A DNA stretch of 64,000 nt from a virus. Positions 59,473 through 64,000 of this stretch are shown here, piece by piece (position 1 is the first letter of the stretch; each line of letters opens with the position of its first letter). A program made the position numbers and the translations under genes. Under the pieces are notes generated by a model. It was not told where the DNA came from, searched no databases, and saw nothing but the letters and a program-made list of their open reading frames with translations. The stretch covers positions 1 to 64,000 of IMG/VR virus record IMGVR_UViG_3300037225_000856; one strand, written 5' to 3'.

Positions 59473-59769
59473 ATGGATAATAGTTTTTTACAAGACGGGC
59501 AAGGCAATCAATCTAACAGTAGATTGATCGCTGATATAATGATAGTTTGCGGGCTTCTGATGGCGTTAATATTCATTGTTATAGGAGTTTTTAAACCTGA
59601 GATTGATCTTATGAAGATAGCTACTGCAATAGGTGTTCTTTATGGTTCGGTAGCAGGAACAGCAATGACATTTTTATTCTTTCAGAAAAAGACAGAAGTA
59701 CAAGAGGAAAAGAATAAACCAGATGAAAATAATAATGAAAACAAGTTAGAGTCTAAACAGGAAAAATAA
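59473..59769 (+). CDS. Two-TM membrane protein, holin-like
   Basis: FLQD..G..S..RL, two hydrophobic helices, charged tail; starts 22 nt after TATTTATA. Confidence 0.5.
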   Translation: MDNSFLQDGQGNQSNSRLIADIMIVCGLLMALIFIVIGVFKPEIDLMKIATAIGVLYGSVAGTAMTFLFFQKKTEVQEEKNKPDENNNENKLESKQEK

Positions 59770-59889
59770 TTTTTCTTGGTAAACATTATATAAAAATTTA
59801 ATATTCTTAATTGATTAATCAATTATATATGATTATGATGAAAATTTTATAATTATGTCTATTAATTAAATTTAAATATGTAATAATTT

Positions 59890-59917
59890 AAAAGACGAAT
59901 TTATTTTCGTCTTTTTT
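59890..59917 (+). terminator. Intrinsic terminator
   Basis: AAAAGACGAA...TTCGTCTTTTTT. Confidence 0.7.
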
Positions 59918-60006
59918 ATAACATATCGATAATAATATTAATATTTGTTTCTAATAAACATGTAAGTATTTATGTTAGCATCATTTAATAAATATTAAAA
60001 ATTAAT

Positions 60007-62169
60007 ATGAAAATAAAATCTATAAAAATATCAGGTCTTTTTATTTCGAGTCATTCTCCATCATTTATTTTGCAATTGACAACAACAACTGCTAATCAAT
60101 CTATAACATTACCACATTTACATGATGATGGTGCTGGTTATAATTATGTTCATAACTATACTGTTGATTATGGCGATAATTCAGGATTAAAAAAAGTAGT
60201 TTCATATAATGACACTAACTGTACTCATATTTATTCTACAATAGGGACCTATTTAGTTAAAATATTTGGGACGTGTGAAACATTTTATACTAATTATACT
60301 TCTATCAGATTACTTATTACCAAGGTATTATCTTGGGGTATGATTGGAATTAAAGTTGTTAGTTTTTGGGGATGTCAATTTATGACATCAATACCCCCTG
60401 ATATATTAGGTAGTTTTTCTTTAGTACAAACTTTTGGCGGAGGCGATACGTGGGGTTCATTTCAGGGATGTAATTCTTTAACGTCACTTCCGTTGGGATT
60501 ATTTGATCATTGTGTGTGGGCGTGGGATTTTGAAAGGACGTTTTACTCGTGTGGTAATTTAATATCAATTCCTGCAGGATTATTTGATCATTGTGTTATG
60601 GCTGCTAACTTTCACTATACCTTTGAAGGATGCAATTCTTTAACTTCAATCCCTGCAGGATTATTTGATCATTGCCCCGATGTTTTCACATTCAGACATC
60701 TGTTTGAGGCAACTGCAATATCATCAATACCTGCGGGTTTATTTGATCATTGCCCCATAGTAACAGATATGTCATATGTTTTTCGAGAATGTATGAACCT
60801 AACCTCGATACCGACTGGATTATTTGATCATTGCCCTCTCGTAGATGATTTTTCCTACGTATTTGAGGGTTGTATTAATATAAGTACTATTCCAGTTGAT
60901 TTATTTAAATATAATCTTAATGTATATAATTTTTACGATGCTTTTCTATCCTGCAGGTCTTTAACTTCAATCCCTGCAGGATTATTTGATCATTGCCAAA
61001 GCGTAACAACATTTTATGAATGTTTTTCACAGTGTTATGCTTTAACTGGTCTAGCTCCAGATTTATGGAATACGCACTCAGGTGCAACAGGAACTTTTTG
61101 TTTTTCTTACGATACTAGCTTATCTAATTATTATGATATACCTATAAACTGGGGAGGTCCTCCTGCAATGAGTGGTGATCCAGCATCATTAATTATATCT
61201 GTAATTTCGCCAACAGAAATAGATCTTTCATGGACGGATAATGTAACTAATGAACAAGGATATAAAATAGAAAGAAGTGTTAATGATGATTCTCACTATT
61301 CAGTTATAGATTCAATTCCAGCAAATTCTAATACATATACGGGTACATCATTAAATCCTTCTACTCTCTATTATTATCGTGTTAGGGCATATAAAGGCAG
61401 TAGTACATATTCTAATTATACTAATAGTGTGTCTGGAACAACGTATGTAATACCAATTGCTCCATCAGGGTTGACTGGTATTCCTTCAACTACAGAAGCA
61501 ACGGTAGATAATTTTACTTTTACTAATAATTCACCTAATTGTGAAGGAATAAGAGTATATATTTCACCTGATGGTGAAGAATGGTTTGAATTTATAGATA
61601 TTTCTCCATTATCTGGAGATGCTACGGGATTTTCTTTGACAAATCTATTTCCTCCCGATTTTTCATTAGGATATAGATATGTTAAAATTTCTGCTTTTAG
61701 TGGAACTCTTGAGTCTGGGTATTCAAATATTGTTGAGGGATCACAGTATGATGCTATAAATACAATTGGTACAGACACCGGTGATTTCACTACATTATAT
61801 GACGCTATTGATTTCATAAATGAAGGAAATGCTATTGGGAATATTCTATATAAGGTCATCGAAAATACTATTGAAACAGAATCAGTAATTCTTTACGAAT
61901 CAGGATATGAAGGTCTAAGCAGTTATGCATCAGTAATTATTTATCCTACAATATCAGGACTAACAATTTCTGGTAATATTGCAGGGGATTTAATAAGATT
62001 TGATCATACTGATAATGTTAATATAGACGGAAGGGTTAATCAGGCAGGGGCAGCGGATTTACATATTACCAATTCTCATTCAGGGTCTCCCGTTGCTGTA
62101 CATATTATCGGAGCCACAAACTCAGATGTTATTAATTGTATTTTAACTGGGTCAAAAATAATTGAATAA
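60007..62169 (+). CDS. BspA-like leucine-rich-repeat protein with a PKD-like N-terminus and an FN3 domain
   Basis: VDYGD...H.YS..G.Y; about seven 25-aa F..C..LTSIP.GLFDHC repeats; IDLSWTDN..NE.GY.IERS...YYYRVRAY. Confidence 0.8.
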   Translation: MKIKSIKISGLFISSHSPSFILQLTTTTANQSITLPHLHDDGAGYNYVHNYTVDYGDNSGLKKVVSYNDTNCTHIYSTIGTYLVKIFGTCETFYTNYTSIRLLITKVLSWGMIGIKVVSFWGCQFMTSIPPDILGSFSLVQTFGGGDTWGSFQGCNSLTSLPLGLFDHCVWAWDFERTFYSCGNLISIPAGLFDHCVMAANFHYTFEGCNSLTSIPAGLFDHCPDVFTFRHLFEATAISSIPAGLFDHCPIVTDMSYVFRECMNLTSIPTGLFDHCPLVDDFSYVFEGCINISTIPVDLFKYNLNVYNFYDAFLSCRSLTSIPAGLFDHCQSVTTFYECFSQCYALTGLAPDLWNTHSGATGTFCFSYDTSLSNYYDIPINWGGPPAMSGDPASLIISVISPTEIDLSWTDNVTNEQGYKIERSVNDDSHYSVIDSIPANSNTYTGTSLNPSTLYYYRVRAYKGSSTYSNYTNSVSGTTYVIPIAPSGLTGIPSTTEATVDNFTFTNNSPNCEGIRVYISPDGEEWFEFIDISPLSGDATGFSLTNLFPPDFSLGYRYVKISAFSGTLESGYSNIVEGSQYDAINTIGTDTGDFTTLYDAIDFINEGNAIGNILYKVIENTIETESVILYESGYEGLSSYASVIIYPTISGLTISGNIAGDLIRFDHTDNVNIDGRVNQAGAADLHITNSHSGSPVAVHIIGATNSDVINCILTGSKIIE

Positions 62170-62245
62170 GAAAAATTTGACTATTATATTATAAGAATTG
62201 ATGAAAAGGAATTTTTATTAGTATTTATTAACAAACTACATAATT

Positions 62246-62413
62246 ATGAAAAATTTATTTGATAATTTTGAGATTAAATATCTTCCACTATATATTGGTA
62301 TGATAATTCTTATCGGTTGTATGCTTTATTTTAGTCAAAAACATATTCGTGAAGCAATTAAAGAAGTAAAAGCAAAAGAAAAAAAATCAATAACATTAAA
62401 AAAAAGTAAATAG
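62246..62413 (+). CDS. 55-aa single-TM membrane protein (below the ORF-track cutoff)
   Basis: MKNLFDNFEIKYLPLYIGMIILIGCMLYFSQK...KKSK*; ATG 24 nt after TATTTAT at 62222. Confidence 0.5.
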   Translation: MKNLFDNFEIKYLPLYIGMIILIGCMLYFSQKHIREAIKEVKAKEKKSITLKKSK

Positions 62414-62437
62414 TAAAGAAAAATAAACCATATAATT

Positions 62438-62857
62438 ATGAATTACTCAACATTTGATATTAACAATTTCTTTATAAAAAAAGACAGTACGTTACCTGAA
62501 TTAAAATATCCCTTAATTCAACAGGTGAGAGAAAAATATAACATTACAGATGATATGCTTGAAAATTGTGCAATCACAGCATCTATGATAGATGCAGAAA
62601 CAGGTTTATATCGCATTGCAAATGTGCCAGCCAGTCTTGTTATTAATTATGACAGACTTGGCAAGCCATATGACGAAAAATATACTTTAGTTTATAAGTT
62701 CAAATTAAGAGATACAAAAAAAGCAGGAAGATATAAAATGGAGCTGGTTATAGACTTTTTAGGTGAGCAAATCGGTTGTGGTAAAATTAAATTACCAGTT
62801 GAAGGACAGATTAATGTTATTATATCAGACTCAATTACTAAAACAGATGTAATTTAA
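62438..62857 (+). CDS. Putative virion protein (BppU N-terminal/Ig-like)
   Basis: FFIKKDSTLP.L...Y.F...DT..AG.Y..E...KLP pattern. Confidence 0.5.
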   Translation: MNYSTFDINNFFIKKDSTLPELKYPLIQQVREKYNITDDMLENCAITASMIDAETGLYRIANVPASLVINYDRLGKPYDEKYTLVYKFKLRDTKKAGRYKMELVIDFLGEQIGCGKIKLPVEGQINVIISDSITKTDVI

Positions 62858-62860
62858 ACC

Positions 62861-62890
62861 TTGACAATCAAAAAAATTTAACTATCTTTG
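62861..62890 (+). promoter_or_regulatory. Bacteroidota-type host promoter
   Basis: TTGACA at 62861 and TAtcTTTG at 62883-62890. Confidence 0.65.
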
Positions 62891-62913
62891 CAATAATTTA
62901 ATTAAGATATTTA

Positions 62914-64000
62914 ATGGAATTGCCTGTTTTTATAGTATATGTAGAAAGAATTCCCAGAAGACTGGCATATTATTTAAGGTTTTCAATAAACGACCAATTA
63001 ATTCAGCGCATAAAAGAATTACCTCAAGAGACTCGTAAATGGAATTCAGTTATGATGGTATGGGAAGTTACAACGCCTTCATTATTGTCTCTTATTAAGA
63101 AATATAGAGGTTCGAATAAAATTCATTTTGATTTTGGCAATGAAGACAGTAGAAAAGTATTTATTCAACAAATTAAAAAAATTGAAATTGCTGAAGAAGA
63201 AAAACGTAAGTTCATTGCCGATCTTAATATTAAAAAAGAGCAGTGGGTACAATATAAACTGGAGTTAGAGGAAACTTATGAGAAATATAGCGAGCAATGC
63301 CATGCTTTATTAAACAAAGACATAAAACTTTATCCACATCAAATTACTGCAGCATTATTTATGAATGCCACTCGTAATACGTTAATTTCTCACGATATGG
63401 GACTTGGTAAAACACTTTCGAGTATCCTTTATGTTGAAATGAATAATTTTGAAAAGGTTATTGTCGTTACTCCTAAATCATTAATGTTCAACTTCTTTTA
63501 TGAGATTCAAAAATTCACCAGAAGTAATGCGCATATTATAAATTGGAAAAAAAATACTTGTTCTGTTGAGAATGCAAAATATGTTGTCATTAATTATGAT
63601 TTTTTTAATTCGGGCAGTAAAGAAAAATTTCAAGCAAAATGGAACAAACTAAAATTTGATAAAATTGACTGCGTTATTTGTGATGAATCCGTAAAAATTA
63701 AAAATACAAAAAGCAACACTTATAAAAATTTTAAATCGGTATTTAAAAAAAATATATTTAAAAACGAAAAAATCAGTAAAATTTTTCTTTCTGGAATTCC
63801 ATGTCCCAATTCTTCACAGGAACTTTATAGTGTTATGAATCAGATATCTCCAACAGATTTTGCAACTAAGAAATATTTTCTGGAATATTTTTGTGGATTA
63901 GTCTACGATTATAATAGTGGTTGGGGTTATATAAAAGATAGTGGTGAAGCCAAACTTGAAGAACTTTATCATAAAATAGAACCGTTTGCGCATCGAAAAA
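62914..64000 (+). CDS. SNF2-family helicase (runs off the window)
   Basis: ATG at 62914 with an open frame; LYPHQ, HDMGLGKT, VVTPKSL, INYD, ICDES, FLSG.P motifs. Confidence 0.85.
   Translation, partial: MELPVFIVYVERIPRRLAYYLRFSINDQLIQRIKELPQETRKWNSVMMVWEVTTPSLLSLIKKYRGSNKIHFDFGNEDSRKVFIQQIKKIEIAEEEKRKFIADLNIKKEQWVQYKLELEETYEKYSEQCHALLNKDIKLYPHQITAALFMNATRNTLISHDMGLGKTLSSILYVEMNNFEKVIVVTPKSLMFNFFYEIQKFTRSNAHIINWKKNTCSVENAKYVVINYDFFNSGSKEKFQAKWNKLKFDKIDCVICDESVKIKNTKSNTYKNFKSVFKKNIFKNEKISKIFLSGIPCPNSSQELYSVMNQISPTDFATKKYFLEYFCGLVYDYNSGWGYIKDSGEAKLEELYHKIEPFAHRK

Noticed and set aside
42740-62169. Diversity-generating retroelement acting on the fibres or LRR protein
   Set aside because: No reverse transcriptase and no template/variable repeat pair with adenine-specific differences in the window.

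Overview
This AT-rich, gene-dense window is almost entirely on the + strand and reads as part of a large (jumbo-type) myovirus-like phage. The host is probably Bacteroidota, judged from TAnnTTTG promoters, a VirE/BT4734-PriCT2-DUF3987 primase-helicase and a T9SS C-terminal domain. In order, it holds: (1) baseplate genes; (2) a ~22.5 kb, ~30-gene surface-glycan locus with glycosyltransferases, six SDR epimerases/reductases, methyltransferases, a WavE-like and a STELLO-like protein, a form IV RuBisCO-like protein cassette, WecB and an ADP-heptose pathway lacking canonical GmhA/GmhB; (3) acidic putative head proteins; (4) SSB, RecA/UvsX and a 5'-3' exonuclease; (5) a ParB-methyltransferase, nuclease, primase-helicase and tRNA-fMet block; (6) a duplicated two-gene module of very cysteine-rich fibre proteins with a GT9 heptosyltransferase-like gene between the copies; (7) signal-peptide beta-helix/LamG proteins with an orphan T9SS tail; (8) a BspA-like LRR protein and a partial SNF2 helicase. 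Four free-standing homing endonucleases are interspersed. The best candidates for undescribed biology are (a) virion glycosylation, possibly cysteine S-heptosylation, linking the ADP-heptose genes, the GT9 enzyme and the Cys-substituted fibres, and (b) a RuBisCO-like enzyme apparently recruited into sugar biosynthesis. All family calls come from motif recognition by eye; no database search was run.
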